This document shows, piece by piece, positions 1 to 7,492 of a DNA stretch of 39,477 nt. The translations under genes were made by a program, and so were the position numbers. The notes under the pieces were generated by a model. The model was not told the DNA's origin. It did no database searches and saw only the letters and a program-made list of their open reading frames with translations. The DNA is from a virus. The number at the start of each line of letters is the position of its first letter. The first letter of the stretch is position 1. Where the stretch lies: IMG/VR virus record IMGVR_UViG_3300045988_134561. The stretch is one strand, 5' to 3'.

Positions 1-55
1 CGCACTGCGGCTCACCTGGCCGCCGGACGGTAACGGCAAGCACCGGAAGTGAGAG
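1..55. repeat. Terminal overlap copy 1 (identical to 39423-39477); carries the 3' end of the CDS that starts at 39358 (stop TGA at 50-52)
   Basis: Read directly: cgcactgcggctcacctggccgccggacggtaacggcaagcaccggaagtgagag occurs at both ends. Confidence 0.95.
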
Positions 56-135
56 ACGGCGGGGGTTGAAAATGTCCCAATCATCTTCAATCCCCGCCCT
101 CCTGGTCAGGGTACATCCTCTCGGGAAGGAACACC

Positions 136-318
136 ATGACTGAGACCGGCCGCCGCCGCGTTGTGATCGCCTCGCTGGCTGTCGCCGTCGTCCTGGCCCT
201 GGGTGGTGTCGTCGCCGCAACGACCACCGCGCTGGCGCTCTGGGTGATCTGGGGTGCGAGCCTCTGCGTCGCCTCCGGCAACCTGGCCACCGCCTTCGCC
301 CGCCGCAACAAGAACTAA
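136..318 (+). CDS. 60-aa predicted two-TM membrane protein
   Basis: ATG preceded by GGAAGGAAC. Two hydrophobic stretches (VVIASLAVAVVLALGGVVAA and LALWVIWGASLCVA) with basic ends. Confidence 0.65.
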   Translation: MTETGRRRVVIASLAVAVVLALGGVVAATTTALALWVIWGASLCVASGNLATAFARRNKN

Positions 319-375
319 CCACACCCATCGCCCGCCCCGCGCTGGGGCGGGCACCCCCCGGAAAGGAACTCCCCC

Positions 376-711
376 ATGGCCCACTACAACTGGCACCCCG
401 CCAAGTACTACGACACCCCCGGCGCTGTCCTCGCTACTGATGCCCCGGATGGTGCGCACATCACCTTCTTCCTCGACTTCATCGACGACGACGTGCAGGC
501 GTCGTTCATGGTGCGCCACCCTGGCGGCTACTACTCGACGACGGAGGACCCGGATCGCTGGCCCGAGCTGGAGCGCTACCTGCCTCGCTCGGAGTGGCCC
601 GAGGAGATCTACGCCGGCCAGCACGGCCCGACGGAGCGTCACCCTGACCCGGCGGTGACGGAGGCGATCGACGCCTACCGCCGGGCGATGCTGGACGCCC
701 TGGACGACTGA
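376..711 (+). CDS. Hypothetical acidic 111-aa protein
   Basis: ATG preceded by GAAAGGAAC. GC-rich third positions. No recognisable motif. Confidence 0.65.
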   Translation: MAHYNWHPAKYYDTPGAVLATDAPDGAHITFFLDFIDDDVQASFMVRHPGGYYSTTEDPDRWPELERYLPRSEWPEEIYAGQHGPTERHPDPAVTEAIDAYRRAMLDALDD

Positions 712-767
712 CACCCACCTGCCCGGCCCTCACCTCGGGGGCCGGACCTGACCTGGAAGGAGTAGCG

Positions 768-1004
768 ATGAGCGCTGAGACTGAGCGCGCGTTGGAGGAG
801 GCGCTGTCCGCGCACCTGGCAGATGAGAAACCGGGCGACGTGCTGGGGTCGTGGATGCTGTTGGCTCACGTGGATTCGATGGACTATGCGGAGCGTGAGG
901 TGAGCGCCTATGAAGCGTTCATGAAGGGGAACGCCTTCACCATGGTGGGAATCTGCGACGCCTGGAAGTGCAAGGCGCTGATGGGCTCTGGGAGGGACTC
1001 ATGA
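768..1004 (+). CDS. Hypothetical 78-aa protein
   Basis: ATG preceded by GGAAGGAG. ATGA overlap with the next gene. Confidence 0.65.
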   Translation: MSAETERALEEALSAHLADEKPGDVLGSWMLLAHVDSMDYAEREVSAYEAFMKGNAFTMVGICDAWKCKALMGSGRDS

Positions 1005-1219
1005 GCGCTGAGGATGTCCCGAGCTTGATGGAGTTGGATCGGCTGCGTTGTGAGGTTGAGGCGGTTCGTGAGGCGCTGGGTGAGGTTGAGGATCGGCGTC
1101 GGGCTGCGGCGGTGGCTGCGGTGCGGGGCGGGAAGGGTAAGCGTCCGGTGGCGCTGGCGGCTGGGGTAACTCGGCAGACGCTGGACAAGTGGCTGGGAGA
1201 CTGGAAGCGCAAGCGCTAG
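1001..1219 (+). CDS. Hypothetical 72-aa protein with coiled-coil N-terminus and HTH-like basic C-terminus (AAGVTRQTLDKWLGDWKRKR)
   Basis: ATGA-coupled internal Met of ORF 968..1219. C-terminal helix-turn-helix-like pattern. Confidence 0.55.
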   Translation: MSAEDVPSLMELDRLRCEVEAVREALGEVEDRRRAAAVAAVRGGKGKRPVALAAGVTRQTLDKWLGDWKRKR

Positions 1220-1248
1220 AACTCGCGCCCGCTGACTGCAAACGAGGG

Positions 1249-1277
1249 AGGCGCCCCACCTGTCTGGTGGGGCGCCT
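1249..1277. terminator. Bidirectional stem-loop terminator between convergent units
   Basis: Perfect 12-bp stem aggcgccccacc / ggtggggcgcct with a 5-nt loop. It lies between the stop at 1219 (+) and the stop at 1281 (-). Confidence 0.7.
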
Positions 1278-1280
1278 TCG

Positions 1281-1535
1281 TCATGTTCGGAGGACCAGTA
1301 GTGGCCCTTCCTCTCTTGGGTGGCCTGGGAGCCTCATGATGGCGTGTCCAGGCCCGAAGGGGGTGGCCTTGGCCGGCAGCCTGCCGGGCTGGTTGACGGC
1401 GATGGCTACGCGAGCGATTGCGCCTGCTAGGCGGTCCCACTCGGCGTCCTCGGCGTCGCGCTTGGCCTGTTCCTCGGCGCTCGCGGCCACCCAGGGCGCT
1501 TCGGCCCATGGGTGCACGATCTCGACGTCGTTCAC
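1281..1535 (-). CDS. Hypothetical protein (last gene of the early operon)
   Basis: 84-aa ORF, ATGA-coupled to the upstream gene, followed by the terminator. Confidence 0.6.
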   Translation of the reverse strand: MNDVEIVHPWAEAPWVAASAEEQAKRDAEDAEWDRLAGAIARVAIAVNQPGRLPAKATPFGPGHAIMRLPGHPREEGPLLVLRT

Positions 1536-1747
1536 TTCATGGCTCCGATGGCGTCGCGGGCTTCGGTGAGCATGTCGATCACCTGGTCTATGGCCTCGGT
1601 GGCGTCGGCGGTTGGTAGGCCGGCTGCGAGGCCGCCGATGGCGGCGGCGTGTCCCATCATGGCGGCGGTGAGGCTTCCCTTCATGGATGCCTTGACGGCT
1701 TCCTCGGCGACGGTGGTGATCGCCGTCTGGATCATCTCTGGCGTCAT
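1532..1747 (-). CDS. Hypothetical 71-aa Ala/Gly-rich protein
   Basis: Internal Met of ORF 1532..2209, chosen by its ATGA overlap with the stop of the upstream gene at 1744. Confidence 0.55.
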   Translation of the reverse strand: MTPEMIQTAITTVAEEAVKASMKGSLTAAMMGHAAAIGGLAAGLPTADATEAIDQVIDMLTEARDAIGAMK

Positions 1748-2514
1748 GCTGCCTTGTCCTTTCGTCTTGCTGCGGCGGCGAGTAGGTCGCCGACGTGGTA
1801 TCGGCCGTCGTGGTCGGTGAGGTGGCCGCGGTGTTTCCAGAGTCGGATCGTGGCCGGCCGTGTGGGGTAGCCCGCCTGGGTCAACAACCGGGCACCTTCG
1901 TCGGGGGTGACTAGCCAGTCGGCGGCCGCCTCCAGGTGGCTCGCGAGGAGGGGCTGCAACTCCCATTGGGTGTCGCAGGCCGGGCAGCGCGCCCACGATG
2001 ACCCCGGTGGGGCGTAGATCGGCTGGTCGCAGGTGCCAGCGTCCCCCAGGTCGGTGAGGCACCTGCCGTAGAACCTGGCGTCCTCGGGGACGTCCACGAG
2101 CGCCGTGATGGCCCGGATGGCGGCGAGGACCTCGGGGATGAGGGTGGCTAGCTCGGGGCGGCCGGGGTGCGCGGACGCGCCCCTGAGCGCCCATGAGACG
2201 TCTGTCCACGTCTGCGGCGTGGCGGTCCCGAGCAGGTCATGCGCCGCCCACTTCCCCCACTTCAAGAGGGTCCTCTCGTGGGCGCTCGCGGCCTGGATGA
2301 TGCCGAGCCTCACCGGGGGGCGACTGCATGGGGTGACGCTGGCCCCGCCGCCCTGGCCGCGCCTGAGCCCGGCCTTGGCGACGTCCAGGGCACCCATGAG
2401 CACCGAGATGCCCTGAACGGCCCCGTCGAGCCGCCGGCAGGCCGTCACGCTCACGAACCTGTCACCCCGCAGCGGCTCCCCCGTCACCGGGCAGGAACGG
2501 GCCTCGAAGCTCAC
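1744..2514 (-). CDS. Hypothetical protein with Cys cluster and C-terminal MerR/excisionase-like HTH
   Basis: Frame of ORF 1744..2559. GTGA overlap start at 2514 (start uncertain; 2559 also possible). Motifs CPACDTQW and TRPATIRLWKHRGHL. Confidence 0.55.
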   Translation of the reverse strand: MSFEARSCPVTGEPLRGDRFVSVTACRRLDGAVQGISVLMGALDVAKAGLRRGQGGGASVTPCSRPPVRLGIIQAASAHERTLLKWGKWAAHDLLGTATPQTWTDVSWALRGASAHPGRPELATLIPEVLAAIRAITALVDVPEDARFYGRCLTDLGDAGTCDQPIYAPPGSSWARCPACDTQWELQPLLASHLEAAADWLVTPDEGARLLTQAGYPTRPATIRLWKHRGHLTDHDGRYHVGDLLAAAARRKDKAA

Positions 2515-2723
2515 GCCAGGAACCCCGCGGCGACAGGGACACGGATCTCCCCACGCCACTCATCCAAGGGAGCGACCATGCCGTCATCCTGCCCGTCGGC
2601 GACCTCACGACGAATGAGATCCGGGTTGAGGACGTCAGCGAGGTCCGCGAGCTTCTCCCCGCCGATGGTGACCTGCCCGTCACGGATCGCAAGGATGATC
2701 GCCGCCGGGTGCTGGTCACTCAC
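2511..2723 (-). CDS. Hypothetical 70-aa protein
   Basis: GTG start within ORF 2511..2864, overlapping the upstream stop region. Confidence 0.45.
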   Translation of the reverse strand: MSDQHPAAIILAIRDGQVTIGGEKLADLADVLNPDLIRREVADGQDDGMVAPLDEWRGEIRVPVAAGFLA

Positions 2724-2916
2724 GGGTGTCCTCCTTCGTTGAGTTGTTGGCCCGATCTGCGGCGTAGCGGATGGCGTCGGCGATCTGCTGGACAGCCCGC
2801 TCCGCCGTCTCAGCGCGCTCGCGGAGGCCCCTGATCTGGATGAGCGCGCACCACATGGCGACACTCAGGCACAGGGGAGCGAGCCCCGTCAGAATCCAGT
2901 GAATCCAGGCTCCCAT
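2716..2916 (-). CDS. 66-aa membrane-anchored protein
   Basis: ATGA-coupled Met. N-terminal TM (WIHWILTGLAPLCLSVAMWCALI). Confidence 0.5.
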   Translation of the reverse strand: MGAWIHWILTGLAPLCLSVAMWCALIQIRGLRERAETAERAVQQIADAIRYAADRANNSTKEDTRE

Positions 2917-3644
2917 CAGCGGTCCTCCTCCTCGATGGTCTGGGCGGCCCACGCGAGGGCGTAGGTCCCGGCGTTGATGAGTTCACCGGAGACTGAGGGG
3001 TGACCGTCACCGAGCATGCTGGCCGTCTCGCCGACAATGCCTGCGAGGACGAGGAATCTAGCTGGGTCGCTACCGATGACCTCGGGCATCGACCTGGCTC
3101 GGCTGCGCATCTGCTCGACAGCCACCACCTCCTCCTTGTCGGCCTGTACCCAGTCGGCGCAGATGCGGGCGACCATGGTGAGCGGGGCGGTCTTGCGGGC
3201 TGCGCTCTGGACGCTGGCGAGGGCATCCATGAGGAGCGAGAGGCGCTCCGCGGGCAGGGTCTCGGCGTCGACCATCGGCCCGCCCGCGTCCTTGACCCTG
3301 GTGACCGCGCGGTCGAGTGCGCCGGGCTTGCCGGCGGGCAGGTGGGAGAGGATGGTGGTGATGGCGTCCGTGACGCGCTGGGAGTCATCCGGGTCGTACA
3401 TGCCGAATCCCTTCCATGCTGCCTTGAAGTCCTCCAAGGCGGCGGTGGGGACGGCCGTGACGTCCTCCCACTCGTCGATGTCATCGGACGGGGTTTTGCG
3501 GAGAATTGAGTTCCCTGCGCGGGGGCCTGTCGCCAGGAGGTACTTGCCATCTCCGACTCGGGCCGCCAGTCCGTCATGGACCGGCTCGTTGTACTCCCTC
3601 CCGTGGATGACGCGGATTAAGGGGGCTGTGGGCCAGTTGGTCAT
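2916..3644 (-). CDS. Hypothetical 242-aa protein; C-terminus resembles a degenerate MazG-like helix pair
   Basis: Met44 of ORF 2916..3773, preceded by AGGAGA with 6-nt spacing. Confidence 0.6.
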   Translation of the reverse strand: MTNWPTAPLIRVIHGREYNEPVHDGLAARVGDGKYLLATGPRAGNSILRKTPSDDIDEWEDVTAVPTAALEDFKAAWKGFGMYDPDDSQRVTDAITTILSHLPAGKPGALDRAVTRVKDAGGPMVDAETLPAERLSLLMDALASVQSAARKTAPLTMVARICADWVQADKEEVVAVEQMRSRARSMPEVIGSDPARFLVLAGIVGETASMLGDGHPSVSGELINAGTYALAWAAQTIEEEDR

Positions 3645-3660
3645 TTCAATTCTCCTGGGG

Positions 3661-3867
3661 CTACTGGGTTCGGATTGTGACGTCTTCTGTGGTGGTTTCA
3701 TGGCCGCATTTTCGGCAGCGTATGACGGCGATTTGCCCCCAATGGACTCGGGTGACGCGGTGCGGCCGGTCACTGTTTCCGACCGCGTGGAGTTCGACTG
3801 TCACTTCCGGTTGGAGGTAGTGGTCACCGCACCGGATTCGGTGCTGGTCTGGGTCGTATACCGCCAC
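3661..3867 (-). CDS. Small zinc-ribbon-like protein (CGDH...CRKCGH)
   Basis: 68-aa ORF. GTG start 7 nt after GGAGG. Paired Cys motifs. Confidence 0.5.
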   Translation of the reverse strand: MAVYDPDQHRIRCGDHYLQPEVTVELHAVGNSDRPHRVTRVHWGQIAVIRCRKCGHETTTEDVTIRTQ

Positions 3868-3870
3868 GGG

Positions 3871-4008
3871 TCAGCCTCCGATGATTGCGCGCCAGGTAGC
3901 GACGATGATCCACAGGATGGCGCTGATGACAGCGAAGGCTGCGGTGATGGCGAGGATGAGGCCGACGGCCTGTCCGAGGCGCTGACCGAACGATGCTGTG
4001 GGTTTCAT
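3871..4008 (-). CDS. 45-aa membrane peptide (MKPTASFGQRLGQAVGLILAITAAFAVISAILWIIVATWRAIIGG)
   Basis: Not in the ORF track (under 60 aa). ATG preceded by AGGAGAACCC. Long hydrophobic segment. Confidence 0.5.
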   Translation of the reverse strand: MKPTASFGQRLGQAVGLILAITAAFAVISAILWIIVATWRAIIGG

Positions 4009-4053
4009 GGGTTCTCCTAGGGTTGAGCGGGATTCTGGTGGGTTGGGGGTGGT

Positions 4054-4085
4054 GGCTGGCCCCGGCCCAGCAGTCGGGGCCAGCC
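4054..4085 (-). terminator. Stem-loop immediately downstream of ssb
   Basis: 11-bp stem ggctggccccg / cggggccagcc with a 10-nt loop. No U-tract. Confidence 0.4.
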
Positions 4086-4092
4086 GTTGGGT

Positions 4093-4551
4093 TTAGAAGG
4101 GGGGCTCGCTGGTGGGGGCGCCCCCGGTCCCCCACGGGTCCTGCGCCGCCGCGGGGACGTTCCCCGAACCGAACGCCGCCGGCTGCGCTGGCTGACCATG
4201 CTGGGTGGGCTTCGGGTGCAGCCCCCAGGTGTCCACGTTCAGGTTCAGGGCCGCGGCCGGCTGGCCGTCGTTCCCGGCCCAGGCGCGCACACCAGGGCGG
4301 CCGGTGAGGGTGAGGAGCTGGCCTTTCTGGACGTGCTCACAAAAGGTCTCCGCCTGGTCTCCCCACACGCTGGCTCGCACCCACACGGCGTCACCGGCAT
4401 CGACCCATTGGCCTGTCTGCTGGTCGTATCGGCGTGGCGTGTAGGGGATGCTGACGTTTGCGACGGGTTTCCCGGATGGGGTGAATCGCATTTCGGGGTC
4501 TGCGGCCGCGTACCCGGTGACCGTCATTTCAAGTTGGGGCCTTGCAGCCAT
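4093..4551 (-). CDS. ssb: Single-stranded DNA-binding protein
   Basis: OB-fold-like N-terminus (LTGRPGVRAWAG..., FRLA-type context), Gly/Pro/Gln-rich linker and terminal acidic tip SEPPF. RBS AGGAAGGAA. Confidence 0.9.
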   Translation of the reverse strand: MAARPQLEMTVTGYAAADPEMRFTPSGKPVANVSIPYTPRRYDQQTGQWVDAGDAVWVRASVWGDQAETFCEHVQKGQLLTLTGRPGVRAWAGNDGQPAAALNLNVDTWGLHPKPTQHGQPAQPAAFGSGNVPAAAQDPWGTGGAPTSEPPF

Positions 4552-4576
4552 TTCCTGTTCCTTCCTGGGGTGCTGT

Positions 4577-4720
4577 TTATATTGTCGTGTTTTCGGCCGG
4601 TATTCGCGAATCGAGACACGCCGGGGCGAGATATTCCGCGATCAAATCCGCATCGAAATCAATCACCCGAATCGGAATAATCTCGTCGTTACCAGCTGCG
4701 AACCTCTCCCACGGAGTCAT
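4577..4720 (-). CDS. Hypothetical 47-aa protein
   Basis: Not in the track. ATGA overlap with the upstream stop at 4717. Locally AT-richer segment. Confidence 0.35.
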   Translation of the reverse strand: MTPWERFAAGNDEIIPIRVIDFDADLIAEYLAPACLDSRIPAENTTI

Positions 4721-5016
4721 TTCGCATCACCCGAAACGACGCCGAGAATCGTTGCGATATCCTGATGCAGGAACCCCTTACCGGACTCTTGCTCCAAGAA
4801 CATGGCCGCGACCTGCTTTGACGCCTCAGTCTCATGGCTCAACACCTTTACGAGAGCGATGAGGTTCGCGACCCGCATCTGGTCCGCGATATCAAGGAGA
4901 GCGCACACGTGCGCCTCAGCCGTCGGGTCCCCATCATCGGTCGAGAACATGGTCGTCTCAGCCACAGCCCGCCACGACGGCGGCTCCGGGAACGTCGGAC
5001 GCTCATCGAACTTCAT
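4717..5016 (-). CDS. Hypothetical 99-aa protein
   Basis: ATGA-coupled internal Met (MKFDERP...) of ORF 4717..5091. Confidence 0.55.
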   Translation of the reverse strand: MKFDERPTFPEPPSWRAVAETTMFSTDDGDPTAEAHVCALLDIADQMRVANLIALVKVLSHETEASKQVAAMFLEQESGKGFLHQDIATILGVVSGDAK

Positions 5017-5369
5017 GATTCCTCCTTGGGGGTGTACGCCGGAACGTGGACGATGCTGTAGGGGGCATACTGTTGGGGCAGTTCGGACCATTTACCGGCA
5101 ATGACATCCTTCATCAACCGCCACCATCCACCCTCCCTAGCAACCCAGGGACGCCCCAGAATATCCACGGCGATAACGCCATCCGAAGCGCCACGGGAAG
5201 CACAACCACCGTCATTGATCCCCACAGAAGCCTTCAGGTCGTCGATTTCCTCTTCGAGGACGGCGATGTGGTGGATAAGCGCGTAGATGTCGCCAACCGC
5301 ACCCCCGCAGCCACACTTCTCGTATTCGTAGTTCCTCAGCTTGTCGACAATCGTGGCCGGGACGCTCAT
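5013..5369 (-). CDS. Hypothetical 118-aa protein
   Basis: ORF coupled to both neighbours by overlaps. Confidence 0.6.
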   Translation of the reverse strand: MSVPATIVDKLRNYEYEKCGCGGAVGDIYALIHHIAVLEEEIDDLKASVGINDGGCASRGASDGVIAVDILGRPWVAREGGWWRLMKDVIAGKWSELPQQYAPYSIVHVPAYTPKEES

Positions 5370-5563
5370 CTCTCCTCCAGCCGGGTGATCTTGTCTTCCA
5401 GGGTGTCGATGTGGTCGAGGAGGTCCTCAATATCGTCAGCCATGGCCTCATGGTCTCCGGGGATTACTCCTCCGTAGCCTTTTCCTTCTCGGTAGGCGTT
5501 CAGTGCCTTGCGGATATCCTTGGTGTTCCAAAGCCAGGGGTGCCGGGCGGCTGGGGTAGTCAT
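5366..5563 (-). CDS. Hypothetical 65-aa protein
   Basis: Internal ATG preceded by AAGGAG with 6-nt spacing. The longer GTG start at 5584 is also possible. Confidence 0.5.
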   Translation of the reverse strand: MTTPAARHPWLWNTKDIRKALNAYREGKGYGGVIPGDHEAMADDIEDLLDHIDTLEDKITRLEER

Positions 5564-5580
5564 TTCATTCTCCTTAGGGG

Positions 5581-5922
5581 TCACTGGAACATGGGGCAGA
5601 CGCGCTTGTGGGATCGGATATCGTTCTCCAGGTCCCGGATACGCTCATTAGCCCAATCGAGTTGGTAGCGGGTGTTCTCGGCGTCAGCCTGGGCCGCGTC
5701 ACGCTCCCTGAGTGAGGAACTGATGCTTGGGCCACCCAACCCTGCCGGGTCGCCGATCATCTCCCGCTCCTCGTAGACCTCCAGCTCCGCTATGCGGGCT
5801 TGCATCTCCTCCCTCTCTCTTTCAAGGGCGGAGGCAGTCTCAACCAGTTCATTGACGGCCTGTATCGCCGCTTCATGGTCTCCGGCCTCGATTAGTCCGG
5901 CGATCAGGTCGACGGTGTTCAT
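5581..5922 (-). CDS. Hypothetical coiled-coil protein
   Basis: 113-aa ORF with ATGA overlap at 5919-5922. Heptad-like Glu/Arg-rich sequence. Confidence 0.6.
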   Translation of the reverse strand: MNTVDLIAGLIEAGDHEAAIQAVNELVETASALEREREEMQARIAELEVYEEREMIGDPAGLGGPSISSSLRERDAAQADAENTRYQLDWANERIRDLENDIRSHKRVCPMFQ

Positions 5923-6431
5923 CGCTCTTCTCCGTCCTGGTAGCGGGTGAGCCAGGCGAGGGCGAGGGCGCCTACCTGGGTGACTTCGGCGATGGTGTCA
6001 GCGTTGTGGCCCGTGGCCTGGGCGTTGTCGTAGGTGAGGGCGGCGGCCACCTCACCCACCTCCTCAGCCAGGGCGTAGAAGCGGGACTCGTCCGTGTGGC
6101 CGTCCGCGTCCAGGGTCATCCCCGGATGTTTGACGGCGGCCCGCTCCCACTCGGCGACGAACGCGGCCGCCGGATCCTCGACATCGAGGTGGATCAGCAG
6201 GCCGGCGGCGGCTTTGGCGACATCGCGAAGCTCGCTCGCAACCTGCTCCTCGGTCCACGCATAGGGGCCGATCCAATCGTCCCTCTCCTTCTGCCAGGCG
6301 ATGCAGCAGACGCCAGTGCCGGCAAGGCCCGTCGCCTCCATCATGTCGGCGACGTAGGAAATCGGGTCTAGCGTCGTCAAGACAGGCTCGGTGACGGCTA
6401 GCCTGTACTGTTCAGCGATCGGGTGGGTCAT
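5919..6431 (-). CDS. MazG-like nucleotide pyrophosphohydrolase (all-alpha NTP-PPase)
   Basis: Internal Met of ORF 5919..6677 with RBS GGAAGGAAC. EExGE-type motif LAEEVGEVAAAL followed by a second helix, AEVTQVGALALAWL. Confidence 0.5.
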   Translation of the reverse strand: MTHPIAEQYRLAVTEPVLTTLDPISYVADMMEATGLAGTGVCCIAWQKERDDWIGPYAWTEEQVASELRDVAKAAAGLLIHLDVEDPAAAFVAEWERAAVKHPGMTLDADGHTDESRFYALAEEVGEVAAALTYDNAQATGHNADTIAEVTQVGALALAWLTRYQDGEER

Positions 6432-6486
6432 TGGTGTTCCTTCCGGTGGGTGTGGGTGATGAGGATGAGGGTGATGAGGAGGACGG

Positions 6487-6708
6487 TCATGCCGCCCCCG
6501 TGGGGTGGTTGGGGCAGACGACCTCCCCGTCCATGTCGTCGGTGACCTCCCAGCCGAGACGGCGGGCGAGGGCGTAGGCGGCGTTGAGGAGAGTGACGTT
6601 CCGGTCCACGTCGTCGGGGCCTTCAGGAAAGTCGATCCGCTCCTCACAGCCGGGCCAGTCACAGGACATCGACACATAGGCCCGCCGAACCGGGATGACC
6701 TGGATCAT
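6487..6708 (-). CDS. Hypothetical 73-aa protein
   Basis: ORF with ATGA overlap to the upstream gene. Confidence 0.55.
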   Translation of the reverse strand: MIQVIPVRRAYVSMSCDWPGCEERIDFPEGPDDVDRNVTLLNAAYALARRLGWEVTDDMDGEVVCPNHPTGAA

Positions 6709-7490
6709 GACCGTCCTTCGTCCTGGAAGAGGTCGGTGGGGTCGGGGTACTGCTGGGGCTGCTCGACCGCCGGGGTCAGGCGGCGGGCGCCACCGTCCAC
6801 GCCCAGGTCACGCATGAGCCCATCCACCGTGAACCCCTGAATCGGGAGATGCTGCCCCTGCGCCGCCTTCACCTTCAAGGACCGCAGCCCCGTCAAGTAG
6901 GTCTCCCCCGGTGCCCGCATCTCCACGGTCCCCGTCACCTCGAACGGGAGAGACTTCTCCGCGCGCACCTTCCACGTCTTGTCCGTCGTCGGCCGCCCGT
7001 TCGCCATAACCGTCACCTGCTCCAGGCGCGCGGTCACGAGCACGGGGCCGGGGTGCGAGTTGAGGGCGGTCACGAGCTTGCGCCACTGCCGCTTCGCCGT
7101 GTTCCACTGGTCGATCGTCATGGACGACTTGCCGCGGCGGATGGTGACGGCCTCCTGCTCGCCGATGAGCATGTCCCAGACGTTGGTGATGGAGTCAACG
7201 ACGATGCAGTTCGGCTTGCCGGCCCGGGTGGGTTCGGCGCTGGCGTCTCGGACGGCCTGGAGGATGGACGCCATGGTGCCGTCGTGCTCGACGATCTCGT
7301 ACCGTGCGCCCGGCAGGGATCCATACATGTCGGCGTCGCTCTCGCCGACCTCGATCCAGAACGTGCGGCCGATGAGGTCACTCGCGGAGAACGCCGCGGC
7401 TGCGTAGGACTTGCCGGACTTCTCCGCCCCGGCGAGGAGGAGGAACGGCCAGGAGACCTGCCCGGTCGGCTTGCGTGTTTTGAGAGCCAT
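6705..7490 (-). CDS. RecA-like/AAA_24 ATPase (Sak4-type recombination protein)
   Basis: Walker A GAEKSGKS near the N-terminus. Walker B-like CIVVDSIT. Sits between a nuclease and SSB-containing early genes. Confidence 0.65.
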   Translation of the reverse strand: MALKTRKPTGQVSWPFLLLAGAEKSGKSYAAAAFSASDLIGRTFWIEVGESDADMYGSLPGARYEIVEHDGTMASILQAVRDASAEPTRAGKPNCIVVDSITNVWDMLIGEQEAVTIRRGKSSMTIDQWNTAKRQWRKLVTALNSHPGPVLVTARLEQVTVMANGRPTTDKTWKVRAEKSLPFEVTGTVEMRAPGETYLTGLRSLKVKAAQGQHLPIQGFTVDGLMRDLGVDGGARRLTPAVEQPQQYPDPTDLFQDEGRS

Positions 7491-7492
7491 GG

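Noticed and set aside
6432-6486. Short repeat CTCATCACCC x2 (His-Pro repeats in one frame) between two early genes
   Set aside because: Very short, with no phasing or additional copies. It lies in a normal SD-containing intergenic gap, and the His/Pro translation belongs to a shadow extension of ORF 5919..6677.
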